From: Laetmonice hystrix
Taxonomy: Eukaryota
Reading direction: 5' to 3'
Assembly: GCA_965235115.1 (NCBI GenBank)
Contig: OZ249436.1
Location: forward strand, 48,176,001-48,240,000
DNA: 64,000 bases
The translations under genes and the position numbers were made by a program. Of this stretch, positions 1-12,199 are shown in pieces. Below the pieces are notes generated by a model. That model was not told the DNA's origin. It saw only the letters and a program-made list of their open reading frames with translations, and did not search any database. Position 1 is the stretch's first letter. Every line of letters starts with the position of its first letter.

Positions 1-650
1 CTGGAACTGCTGGCCATTTTCAGGGGCCTGCGGCAGTTCACGGAACAGGTGACGGGGTCCGTACTGTTAATTCATTCAGACAGTGCGGTGGCGTTGGCTT
101 ACCTTCGCAAGGAGGGGGGCACGCGTTCGGCTCGTCTGTTCCGGCTGACGTGGGACATCCTGTGGTGGTGTCGCAACCACGAGGTGGACTTACAGCTAAC
201 CCACGTCCAAGAGAAGTCCAACCAATGGGCGGATTCGCTCTCGCGGGGGGCAAACTGCCACCGTCGGACTGGTCTCTACGGAGAGACGTAGTCCGGGGGA
301 TTTTTCAGGTTTGGGGGGAGCCACAGGTGGATCTGTTTGCCACTCGGGCCAATCATCAGCTCCCCCTTTACGTGAGCCCCTTTCCGGATCCGTGCGCCAT
401 TGCTGTAGACGCACTGTCGATCCCTTGCTACGGAGAGTGTTAGCAAAGATCAGATCGGAGAAGGCCACCCTGATTCTCGTGGCCCCCTGGTGGACATCAC
501 AACCGTGGTTCCCCGATATAGGGGAGCTCCTACTGGATCGTCCCAGGGAGCTACCGGTTTCGGCGGACTTGCTGGAACAGAGGGGACAGTTTCACCCCGC
601 CCCAAGACTGTACAGACTTCACGCATTTCTGTTGTCCGGGCACGATTTGA
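1..650 (+). pseudogene. DIRS pol C-terminus: RNase H plus Dam-like methyltransferase domain, frameshifted and internally deleted
   Basis: Frame 1 (1-246) RNase H; shift in the G-run at ~245-250 into the frame reading GKLPPSDWSL..VDLFAT..DALSIP; second shift at ~425 into LLRRVLAKIRSEKATLILVAPWWTSQPWF..LHAFLLSG. Confidence 0.85.
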
Positions 651-1692
651 AGATCAGGGATTCTCTGGCCCCGTGGCAGAATTTATCTCCCTCAAGCATC
701 GACGGTCGACCCGTTCCGTCTATCAGTCCCGATGGGCAGCCTTTGTCGCATGGGCTGAGGGCCGAAGGGTTGATGTCTCCGCTCCCTCTGTTTCGTCAGT
801 ACTTTCTACTGGCCCAGTTTGACCGCGGACTGTCAGTATCGGCGGTCCGGGGGTATCGATCAGCTATTGCATCGACGGTGTCGGACTCGGAAGGTCAGTC
901 CTTGTTCGTCTCGCCGGAGTTGAGTGCACTCCTGCGGAGTTTTTCCCTGCAAAGGCCGGTGGGGGCCAACAGGGCGCCTCTGTGGAATCTGGCTTTGGTT
1001 CTGGATTCCCTAACTCAGCCTCCCTTCGAGCCGCTACGGTCGGTGGACCTTATACACCTGACGTGGAAGGTGTTGTTCCTGGTGGCTCTAGCGTTGGGAC
1101 GGAGGCGGTCTGAGTTGCATGCATTCGGCGGGGCAGCTGAATACGTGCGGTTTGGCGGCGGTATTCGGGGGTAACGCCTTAGTTCTTACCGCAGTTCATT
1201 CCTAAGAATCAGGATCCGGCGATTCCTACCCTGGCGGGTTCCTTTCCGGCTTTGTCCCCTGAGGTGGGACAACATGATGCTGAGCGGCTCCTTTGTCCTG
1301 TGAGAGCTCTCAGATTCTACCTGACTAGGACAGCAGATCGGCGAGCGTTGTCAGAACGGTTATTTGTCTCTGATGATGACCGGGTTCGTAGAGACTTTGC
1401 GCCAGCTTCTCTGTCCCGCTGGCGATGCGAGACGGTAAGGCAAGCTTATGACACCGCCTCGCCAGATCAGTTGGCTGTATGCCAGGTGAGGGCGCTCGAG
1501 GTAAGGACGTTGTCAGCTTCTTGGGCTCATTTTAACGGGGTAAGTGTTGGGGACATCATGAAGGCTGCTTACTGGCGGGCGGAGTCTACGTTCACTAAGT
1601 ACTACCTCCGCCAGATGTGTGGTCAACGTCTTGAGCTCTACAGTCTGGGGCCGGTGGTGGCGGCTCAGACAGTAGTATCCGGGACGCGGTAG
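630..1692 (+). pseudogene. DIRS tyrosine recombinase, disrupted
   Basis: N-terminal part (GFSGPVAEFI..RRSTRSVYQSRWAAFVAW), frameshift ~800, YRSAIA..WNLALVL..KVLFLVALALGRRRSELH, frameshift ~1150-1170 plus in-frame TAG at 1180-1182, PKNQ..LCPVRAL..RALEVR..WRAESTFTKYY, stop at 1690-1692. Confidence 0.88.
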
Positions 1693-1885
1693 GCGTCTAC
1701 CGGGGGGAGGGGGGAGGGGGGGGGGAGTGCGAGTGGGATCAGAAAAGCGGAACACTCGAGGGGGAGATGTAGGACGGTGGATCGGGAAGTCCGGGGAAAT
1801 AGGAACTATTCCGGACAACAGGATCCCCTTACAATAAAGAAATTTTAGGTAAATTCTTTTACCTCCTCCCATGCTTAGCACTCGT

Positions 1886-1991
1886 ATCTCATTATGTTAT
1901 TAAGTTATGAGGTAAGGGAGCGTATGACCTTAACCAATACAGTTTTAGGGATAAACTGTTTGTTAAGGAATACGCGTACTTACCTCATAAC
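1886..1991. repeat. DIRS internal complementary region (ICR)
   Basis: 1935-1991 is the exact 57-bp reverse complement of 2184-2240; 1886-1916 is a direct repeat of 2166-2196. Confidence 0.9.
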
Positions 1992-2450
1992 AGTACAACC
2001 CTCCCTCCGTCCCCCCATTCTCTATTGGGGGTCAGACAAAAATGTGACTAGCTAGCCAGCTCAAATGGGCCGGGTGGTGACGTCATCAGGTGGGAGGGGG
2101 CTGCGCGGTCACCGCGCAGCCGCAGAAGAAAAATTTCTGACCATTGGCTAAAAGACTAGCAATAAATCTCATTATGTTATTAAGTTATGAGGTAAGTACG
2201 CGTATTCCTTAACAAACAGTTTATCCCTAAAACTGTATTGATTATAAAGGAAATCTATTCTGTTCTACGAATCTCCATAGTAATGTTAGGCTTTTTTTTA
2301 ATAGGATCTACAAAAAATATTTAGTTTGTGAAATCTCTTATGTCTTTTTGTTTTCAAAATGTTTCGAGCTATTTTATGTGAATGCAAGTGAGCCAAATAG
2401 ATTTGTTTTAAGATGATTCATGTTGTTTCAATGTGACGTTTATTTAATAG

Positions 2451-5400
2451 AATGTAACAAGTCCATATGCCTTGGGAGGACTGCAACCATTCACCTCATA
2501 CCAAGTGTTTGTGGTCAGTGAAAACAAACATGGCAGTAGTCGCCCGTCAGCTATCATAGAGATCATGACCTTGTCGAGAGGTAAGCTATCAGAAATTATC
2601 ACCCAACTCTCACACAGCTAGGAGAGCCTCTCAGTCTGTATAAAGACGAAATACACCATGTCCTCAGAAACTATCACCCAGCTCTCAGCAGTCTCACAGC
2701 TAGGAGAGCCTCTCAGTCTGTATAAAGACAAAATACACCATGTCCTCAGAAACTGTTACCCAACTTTCACCAGTCTCACAGCTAGGAGAGCCTCTCAGTC
2801 TGTATAAAGACAAAATACACCATGTCCTCAGAAACTGTTACCCAACTCTCACCAGTCTCACAGCTAGGAGAGCCTCTCAGTCTGTATAAAGACAAAATAC
2901 ACCATGTCCTCAGAAACTGTCACCCAGCTCTCACCAGTCTCACAGCTAGGAGAGCCTCTCAGTCTGTATAAAGACAAAATACACCATGTCCTCAGAAACT
3001 GTCACCCAGCTCTCACCAGTCTCACAGCTAGGAGAGCCTCTCAGTCTGTATAAAGACAAAATACACCATGTCCTCAGAAACAGTCACCCAACTCTCACCA
3101 GTCTCACAGCTAGGAGAGCCTCTCAGTCTGTATAAAGACAAAATACACCATGTCCTCAGAAACTGTCACCAAGCTCTCACCAGTCTCACAGCTAGGAGAG
3201 CCTCTCAGTCTGTATAAAGACAAAATACACCATGTCCTCAGAAACTGTCACCCAACTCTCACCAGTCTCACAGCTAGGAGAGCCTCTCAGTCTGTATAAA
3301 GACAAAATACACCAATGTCCTCAGAAAGTGTCACCCAGCTCTTACCAGTCTCACAGCTAGGAGAGCCCCTCAGTCTGTATAAAGACAAAATACACCATGT
3401 CCTCAGAAACTGTCGCCCAACTCTCACCAGTCTCACAGCTAGGAGAGCCTCTCAGTCTGTATAAAGACAAAATACACCATGTCCTCAGAAACTGTTACCC
3501 AACTCTCACCAGTCTCACAGCTAGGAGAGCCTCTCAGTCTGTATAAAGACGAAATACACCATGTCCTCAGCATGAATTTAATTTGTTTTGGGGATCATGT
3601 AGCCTGTATGTGTCCATTTTTTCCAAAATATAAATCTCTGTGATGTTTGACAGACATGCCGACAATCAACGTATGGCAGATCCCTGAAGGGAACCTGAAG
3701 GAACATGACAGCGTCTCCCTGACCTGTGACGCAGGGCCAAACATTGATATCTACTGGGTGAATAACAAAGGCATTGAGGAGCACTCAGCCATCCTGCACA
3801 TTGAAGATATCAATAAGTCACACACTGGTCGCTACACTTGTATCGCTGAAGGTGGAAACGATAACCGCGTAGCCAAGGATCTCTACCTTCATGTTGTCTG
3901 TGAGTTTTAACTTAACATAAATTGACACTCTTTATCACACATTGTATATTTCTGTCATTCAAGGAACTTTGTTCTTGCTGAGAGTGGCATACAAAACATA
4001 ATACCTATACTTTAACGTCAGATGCTCCTGAGGCCAAGGCCTTGAAGCCTGTCGTCTCGGTCATGCCCAATCGAGGATTGACAGCTCAGCTCCGGTGTGA
4101 ATTTGCGGGTTTCCCAGAACACGTAACCTGGCAGAAGGGATCCACAGAAATAACTCCAGTTTTCTCGGAAGCATACCGGTTCCAGCGTCGGTTGTGGACT
4201 CGAGAGGAGGATGGAATTATTGAGACAATGCTGGAGATTCAAGCCGTCCAGCCTCAGGACTATGGCACATATTCATGTAAAGGCAGAAATGAGATCGGCC
4301 AACATGATGCATATATCCATTTGATAAGTGAGTGAAAATATGTGGTTAGAGGTTCCGACGTAACAGGTTCATTGTTTTATGTTTCAGTCGATGGCTATAT
4401 TTTAGTCAGATAGTTTTAGGAGTGAAAGTTATATGTCATGTAAATTATATCTTTATACTACCCCGAGAAAGTTGCTTTAGCCATAGGAAGGAGTGAGGTA
4501 AATGTAATTATAATACATGTAAAACATCAACCATGTTGATGTCATATATCCCAGATCCGACCCTTGCTGATGTGATAGCTTCCATCAATGTTGAGGTGCT
4601 GTGTCCACAATCCCACCCATGTTGATGTGATATATCCCCGATCCCACCCATCCCTCCATGTTGATGTGATATATCCCCCATTCCCACCCACGTTGATGTG
4701 ATATATCCCCCATTCCCACCCATGTTGATGTGATATATCCCAGATCCCACCCATGTTGATGTGATATATCCCAGATCCCTCCATGGTGAGGTGATGTGTT
4801 GTGTGCCTGTTCCCACCCATGTTGAGGTGATGTGTTGTGTGCCTGATCCCACCCATGTTGAGGTGATGTGTTGTGTGCCTGTTCCCACCCATGTTGAGGT
4901 GATGTGTTGTGTGCCTGGTCCCACCCATGTTGAGGTGATGTGTTGTGTGCCTGTTCCCACCCATGTTGAGGTGATGTGTTGTGTGCCTGATCCCACCCAT
5001 GTTGAGGTGATGTGTTGTGTGCCTGATCCCTCCCATGTTGAGGTGATGTGTTGTGTGCCTGATCCCTCCCATGTTGAGGTGATGTGTTGTGTGCCTGGTC
5101 CCACCCATGTTGATGTGATATATCCCTGATCCCTCCCATGTTGAGGTGATGTGTTGTGTGCCTGGTCCCACCCATGTTGAGGTGATGTGTTGTGTGCCTG
5201 ATCCCACCCATGTTAAGGTGATGTGTTGTGTGCCTGATCCCAACCATGTTGAGGTGATGTGTTGTGTGCCTGATCCCACCCATGTTAAGGTGATGTGTTG
5301 TGTGCCTGGTCCCACCCATGTTGAGGTGATGTGTTGTGTGCCTGATCCCTCCCATGTTAAGGTGATGTGTTGTGTGCCTGATCCCACCCATGTTGAGGTG

Positions 5401-8400
5401 ATGTGTTGTGTGCCTGATCCCACCCATGTTGAGGTGATGTGTTGTGTGCCTGGTCCCACCCATGTTGAGGTGATGCGTTGTGTGCCTGGTCCCACCCATG
5501 TTGAGGTGATGTGTTGTGTGCCTAATCCCACCCATGTTGAGGTGATGTGTTGTGTGCCTAATCCCACCCATGTTGAGGTTATATATTGCAGATCTGACCC
5601 ATGTTGATGTGATACATTCCTGATCCCAGTTAATGTGATATGTTTCAGATCCCAACCCCGTTGCGGTGCCCCCAACCATTACATCTCCAGCCAGACCCAT
5701 CAACGTGACAAGTAAGTGTTCCTCAGCCCCCAATGCTCTAACATGTCTGCCAGTGTCATGTCCATAGCAATGTATCCTACCTGCAAACACTCCGTCTGCA
5801 TCAGTATCTGATGAGTTAAAGAAAATTCATATAAATCACATTGTGCAAAATCGTAACGTGTGAGAGCCCCTTTAGACCAGACAATCAGAAGCGTTAAGCT
5901 TAAGCTTGTACAAGATCTTAAGTTTTTACGAACTGAGCCCAGGTCTGAGAGTAAAGTTTCCTTGTCCCTGTAGAGTGCTGTGTGGACAGTGGAGTTACAA
6001 GTGTATGTCTGCCTGCCTGTACCTTCGACGTCGACCTCAGTATCATTGAGAAGTTACCAAATGCATTCATCTGTCTTGACGACCTTCAACACCTCATCAG
6101 GTGTGCCTCGGGTAGGTCTCACTTCCTTTCATGGACAAATGGAAACCAGATCAGGACGCGTATATATGTTGATATGATAAATTGGATGTACTAGAATTTG
6201 TAAGAAAAGTCATGTAAAGAATAATATATGTAGTTAGAATCATAGCAGTAATATATCCTGCCATTTTGGCTAAATTTGACATTTATGCCTAGGCTCCCAC
6301 TGCACCTGAAATAAGTAAAAAATATACCGAATTAGGAGAAACATTAAGTATCTGGCTGCAATAAAATCTCTGAGCAATTGATACATAAGAGATGTAGAAA
6401 TTTCAAATAATTTTTCATTTTAATTCTAAGATGGTCGTAACCACACCAAATGTTGTCGGCGGGAGGGAGTGCCTTGGATATGTAATGAGTTCTGTGCTGG
6501 AAACACACCCACCCTAGCAGAGGAGCACACGGAGTGCCTAAACCACATCGATGTCATTGTTACCTGTATGGAGGAAGGTGCGGACATCATCCCCACTGCC
6601 CCTCAGAACGTCAAGGGTCAGATCACCTCGGAGGGTTTTATCAAACTCTGGTGGGAAGCCCCAGTGAAGAATGCAAGGATCGTTCAGACATACCGAGTCT
6701 TCTTCAGGAGTGACACTGATGGCACTTCCTACATGGAGGTGGTAAGTGTAACCCCAGTATGGTCAGTTCTAGGATGGGAGGTGAAACCACTAACATCAAT
6801 TCTAGAGGACAAGTAGATTTAAGTCAATCCACAGTACAATCAGTTCTAGAGGACAAGTAGATTTAAGTCAATCCACAGTACAATCAGTTCTAGAGGACAA
6901 GTAGATTTAAGTCAATCCACAGTACAATCAGTTCTAGAGGACAAGTAGATTTAAGTCAATCCACAGTACAATCAGTTCTAGAGGACAAGTAGATTTAAGT
7001 CAATCCACAGTACAATCAGTTCTAGAGGACAAGTAGATTTAAGTCAATCCACAGTACAATCAGTTCTAGAGGACAAGTAGATTTAAGTCAATCCACAGTA
7101 CAATCAGTTCTAGAGGACAAGTAGATTCAAGTCAATCCACAGTACAATCAGTTCTAGAGGACAAGTAGATTTAAGTCAATCCACAGTACAATCAGTTCTA
7201 GAGGACAAGTAGATTTAAGTCAATCCACAGTACAATCAGTCCTAGAGGACAAGTAGATTTAAGTCAATCCACAGTACAATCAGTCCTAGAGGACAAGTAG
7301 ATTTAAGTCAATCCACAGTACAATCAGTTCTAGAGGACAAGTAGATTTAAGTCAATCCACAGTACAATCAGTTCTAGAGGACAAGTAGATTTAACTCAAT
7401 CCACAGTACAATCAGTTCTAGAGGACAAGTAGATTTAACTCAATCCACAGTACAATCAGTCCTAGAGGACAAGTAGATTTAAGTCAATCCACAGTACAAT
7501 CAGTTCTAGAGGACAAGTAGATTTAAGTCAATCCACAGTACAATCAGTTCTAGAGGACAAGTAGATTTAAGTCAATCCACAGTACAATCAGTCCTAGAGG
7601 ACAAGTAGATTTAAGTCAATCCACAGTACAATCAGTCCTAGAGGACAAGTAGATTTAAGTCAATCCACAGTACAATCAGTTCTAGAGGACAAGTAGACTT
7701 AAGTCAATCCACAGTACGATCAGTTCTAGAGGACAAGTAGATTTAACTTAATCCACAGTACAATCAGTTCTAGAGGACAAGTAGATTTAACTCAATCCAC
7801 AGTAACGGTACGATCAGTTCTAGAGGACAAGTAGATTTAACTCAATCCACAGTACAATCAGTTCTAGAGGACAAGTAGATTTAAGTCAATCCACAGTACA
7901 ATCAGTTCTAGAGGACAAGTAGATTTAAGTCAATCCACAGTACAATCAGTTCTAGAGGACAAGTAGATTTAAGTCAATCAGTACAATCAGTTCTAGACCT
8001 TGACGTTGACCTTAGCTGACCCTGCCCCACTGGTTCAGGCCAGCAGTAGGCGGGGCTGCACCGGGCTAACCTACACACTGGCACGGGGACAGCTTTTATA
8101 GTTGGGGCCGGTCTTTAAGTAAATCCCCAGTTCAATCGGTTCTAGAGGGCAGGTAGATTTAAAAATCAAAGTTTTAATAAAGTTGCATGACTTGATGCTT
8201 TGAGAAGTGAGCTAGTATGGGTATCCAGTTTTGTAACTTCTAGTTAATACATATTAGAGTAAGTAGTGAAAGGAAGGAAGAGCAGCGACATATTGATAAA
8301 CCTTGACTGAATGTCAGTAATTAATTTGACCCAGCTGCGGAGTGAGAAGTCGGTGGTATTGAACAGCCTGAAGAGTAACACCAAGTATGAACTCTATGTG

Positions 8401-10755
8401 ACTGCACACAACCACCATGGATCGTCGCAAAAGTCCAACGTTATCACTCTCTCAACACCAAGTAAGTCACCAAAACACATGTCACTAAGAGATTATGTAG
8501 AGTACTTGCTTGTCAAGCATCATAATAATTTAACACATTGAATGGTCAACGGTTAATGTATAAATCATCAAAGATATACTCTGGCTTTTTGGAACTAAAG
8601 GTTGAAATCCAGGAAAGATTTTGGGATGTTGCAGCTTCCATTGCTCAAGGATTTTAAAGGTGTTTTAAAAAAATCTCAAAGATAGCCCTGTATAAATATC
8701 AGGCACCATCAGGTCTGGTCTGTTTTTGGTAACTACCGTATTTTCTATTCTTGCAGATTTCACACCTTCTAACCCTCAACATTTGAGGTACACATTGATA
8801 AGTTACGTGAACGTCCGTCTGGCCTGGGACGTCCCTGCACGTCACGCAGGTGGAGTGTTAAAGTACAGGATCCATTACAGAGCTCAAGGGACTGCAGTGT
8901 GGAAAAATGTAAGTGTATGTTTAGCAATTAACATACCGGTATCCTCTATTGTTTCTTGTTCTTTATGGCTTGAATGTTGTCCTTTTAGAGGAGGATTTTT
9001 TATGGGGAAAATATTGGTCCAACATTTATATGAAACATAAAAAGGATACTTTTCTGTATGTATGTAAGACAGTGTCTGCAACTCGATTTCGTCTGTGACA
9101 AGATTTCCTTTCAAATAATGTGTACTCACTGACTATACTAAGAAGTAGATTTTGGCTTGTGAAGTTGAAAGCTTGCGAGACGTTTTCATTCTGAGAGAGC
9201 AGTAGGACACTAAGAATTGCATCATACTTGTCACTGTATCCAAACTTATACATACTTCTCTTGAAGGAAACGACATCATCGAACAGGAACACATACCGGT
9301 TGATGAACTTACAACCCAAGACGGTTTATGAGGTGTATGTCACTGCACAGGCGTCGACCCATGAGAGTGATCGGTCAAATGTTATCTTAGTCCACATCAC
9401 GAGTAAGTTGGTTTAATCGCAGTGTGAACGTTATGCTTGATGTACTTGATAATTCTAGTGATACTAAGATTACTGTGTCGGTAATGAACTGTGAAGTAGT
9501 AATGGGAGGAATTATATTTTTAAAAACCTTGACATATAATCACCCACTGTCCCTGTAAAATCCTCTAGAAGCTGAATTTCTGTAAAAATATTAATTTTCC
9601 TCATTTACAGGTCCACCACATCATGCAGACGGGAGGCAGATGTCAGGTAAAGTTGAGAATGGAGTTCTAAAGAGAGACGAGTGCTTTTTGGAGCATATTT
9701 GAAATATAGCATCCAATGGGGATGAAAATCAAAGGGGAGATAGATGTGGGAATAGACTTCACAGAAAATCACATAACATGACATAAGAGAAATGTTATGG
9801 CATTATTGATGTCACCATTCCTACATATTTGGCACGAATAATAATATAATATTATTATTATATGTGACTGTTATTTCAGAGAGAAACGGTAATGGCGTGG
9901 CTGTCGGCGTTGGTGTAGCATTCGCAGTTATAATTTTGATTGCTCTGATTGCAATTATTGCAGTCTGTTTCTGCAGGTACAGTAACATTTAACACCTATT
10001 ATCATTCATCTCATCAATGAAATGGAATTCCACAGATGTTGTTCATGTTATATGTGGGAAAGTATATTTTGCCATCCATTTATTGAAGGTTAAAAAAGTC
10101 ATCGGCAGAGCAGTCAGAGTTTAAGGAGTCTGTATCGTTTGAGAATCCTGGTTATGCAACACCAAATGAAGGCAGGGTAAGTGTTTCTCAGATCACAGTT
10201 ATTGACTGCGATCTCTTTCTGTTTCGTACACGATGGTCAATTATAAAATCTTTCAGATGGGAAGTTTATTTTCAATTGCAATCTAACATTGTTCTACCAC
10301 TGATCGAGGCAGAAATCTGTCATTAGCAAAGTCTTTTTATATTAAGTTTGTATTAGAGGAGAAAGTACCTGATTCACTTGCTAGGGTTTTTGATAAAGGA
10401 ATTCCGAACCGATTTGAACATTTCTGATATATTGGCCAGAGTTGCCCTCGCATGAACTCTCATCTTAAGTATTGACCATTATTGCCGCCAGGTGGGGCTG
10501 CCGACGTTCCAGCAGGACCTGCAGCCGTCAGCCAATGGGAAGCAGCCAGTGCCGGACGGTCCGTACGGTTACAAGGAGCCAGCTATCATGAAGGAGGCCG
10601 AGGCAAACAGCGATCAGGGTTACTCAACCATGTCAAGCTCCTCGACTGAGGCGCCCCCTGTCCATGGCCAGCCGCAGTCGCGAGCGACGCTAGACGTCAC
10701 ACCACTGAACCCTGTGGATGAAGCGAATGTTGAGCAGGTCTCGATTGGAATGTGA
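2451..10755 (+). CDS. Ig-like/fibronectin-III/DB-domain single-pass membrane protein (C. elegans IGDB/C25G4.10-like family), 5'-partial, 13 exons in window (~697 aa)
   Basis: GT-AG exons with continuous phase: 2451-2580 (FN3 half), 3654-3899 (Ig), 4022-4327 (Ig), 5649-5711 (Pro linker), 5974-6111 and 6431-6741 (DB module CCVDSGV..CLPAC..RCASDGRNHTKCC..C..C, then FN3 start), 8335-8461, 8757-8908, 9267-9402 (FN3), 9611-9646, 9880-9976 (TM VAVGVGVAFAVIILIALIAIIAVCFC), 10089-10176 (FENPGY), 10492-10755 (stop TGA). Confidence 0.88.
2590..3570. repeat. Intronic minisatellite, 82-bp unit, ~12 copies
   Basis: Unit cagaaactgtcacccaactctcaccagtctcacagctaggagagcctctcagtctgtataaagacaaaatacaccatgtcct; taggagagcc recurs at 2701 and 2783. 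Confidence 0.97.
4530..5645. repeat. Intronic minisatellite, 36-bp unit with ~29-bp variant units at the left end
   Basis: cccacccatgttgaggtgatgtgttgtgtgcctgat repeated about 22 times, preceded by cccacccatgttgatgtgatatatcccagat-type units. Confidence 0.97.
5871..5943. mobile_element. Partial palindromic MITE (same family as 26445-26538 and 33391-33580)
   Basis: Shared motif caatcagaagcgttaagcttaag...agatcttaagttttt..gaactg(a/g)gccc. Confidence 0.6.
6800..7997. repeat. Intronic minisatellite, 44-bp unit, ~27 copies
   Basis: Unit ttctagaggacaagtagatttaagtcaatccacagtacaatcag, highly homogeneous. Confidence 0.97.
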
Positions 10756-12199
10756 GGGCACCTTATTACTGATAACAAAATGTTTGGTTTAATTGTGTGC
10801 ACGGGGGAGAATGAGCCCAAACTATTGGCAGACCATGCTGAGTGGTTTAGGGTGTGGAGTGTTTATGTGCGTACCTGGTGTATGCAGACCTCTTCCCATG
10901 TTAAATTGTTACCATGCATCGAAATTTTGGTCCCTGATCAATACTGCACTGAATAATTGACATGGTTTTGTCAGATATTGGATAGGGAGAGAAGTTTATA
11001 AGCTAGAATGAAAACTTGAAGACCTATATGGAATATTGAACATATTCCTTTAAAGCTTCCATGTGATGTTTATTCTGAGTATACATGTATAGATATTCTT
11101 TTATGTTAAAGAAGGAATGGACTATGAAAACTTACAACTGAAAATATTCACCATAAAAGAAAACGTTGAGTAGATATCAGACAAAAGATAGTTATGAGGT
11201 TTGTACTGTAACCTTGGACTGATAAGAATATACGAGTCCAAGCTTTAAATGCGATGTCTGTTAAAATGGTAAGTCATACGTGTATGGTACTGGACGGGTA
11301 CGGGGAGCAGGAAGCTGGGTCTCGGTATTAGATCGGACATGAGCTCTTGCTAAGAAAAAAATACTGTGATGTTTGCGTAGCAGTCGTCTGGCTTGCTCCA
11401 CGATAACCGGGGTAGGCACTAGATGTAGAGAAACCCCTATTTTTTACGACGCTAAGTACTACTAATATTCCCTTAATTTAGAAGCAGGGCGTTTTAACAG
11501 GAACACGATCTTGCATCCAGAAATTTTGCTTTATTTTTTATTTATTCATGATCAGGCACTTGAAATGGCTCGACATGTTTGTCCAATCAGACTTACAGTG
11601 GTGAAATGGTTTGTGTAACCTTCCGCTGTTTGATGCCTACCCCTGTTATGCTGAAGGTCTGATATCCATGACGTCAGTGATTCTCAGTGTCTGTGTAATG
11701 ACGTAACGTAAAACGTCACGTCAGTCTGTAGTTAAAATAAAGTGCAGTATACAGAAATGCATTAGAATCAGTATAAAACAGGAAATTTGCGTAGCAATAA
11801 CGTCTCTTATCGTATGGAAATCTAAATTGATGTGATTTCCTCAGTAATATTGAGACGTCGGTGCGGAGTGGTTTACGATGAAGCGTGGATATATATGATC
11901 TGGACCATAATGGGAGGTTTACCTGTAGAAATAGGCTTTAATGGAATTTGATCTCTTTTTTGTTCTCAAATGACTCTGAACTTACAACACATTCAAATGA
12001 GCCAAACCATTTACGTCAGGCATGCGAGCATATACTAAGGAACTTAGATCATTGAAATATGGCTAGTTATATAATATTTTCCAAGAAAGCTAGATAATTT
12101 ATAGATGTCCCTATGTTGCCAGCATGTGTTACTAAGCAGAACGGCAGTGACTGAAACCTTACAAATCTTGTTACAGTGCCATTTAATCAATCGAAAACT

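Larger units (their letters stand above)
1..2240 (+). mobile_element. DIRS1-like tyrosine-recombinase retrotransposon, 3' portion (5' part outside window), decayed
   Basis: RNase H motifs (SDSAVALAYLRKEGGTRS, NQWADSLSR), DIRS MT-domain motifs (VDLFATRANHQL, LILVAPWWTSQPWF), overlapping YR ORF (ALGRRRSELH, LCPVRAL, W..ESTFTKYY), then an internal complementary region (1886-1991) matching the terminus at 2166-2240. Confidence 0.93.

Noticed and set aside
311..1174. 287-aa ORF as a single novel MT-YR fusion protein
   Set aside because: It is a chimera produced by frameshifts joining the pol frame to the YR frame.
4508..5790. Long repetitive ORFs on both strands (VEVMCCVPDPTH, QHITSTWVGSGT, HTTHHLNMGGIR) suggesting a Cys/His-rich metal-binding protein
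   Set aside because: The 36-bp unit is a multiple of 3 and stop-free in several frames; it lies in an intron whose flanking exons join in phase, with no codon-position bias.
6800..7997. Regular arrays (also 2590-3570, 28242-28830, 35170-35651) resembling CRISPR
   Set aside because: Head-to-tail units without unique spacers, eukaryotic context, no cas genes.
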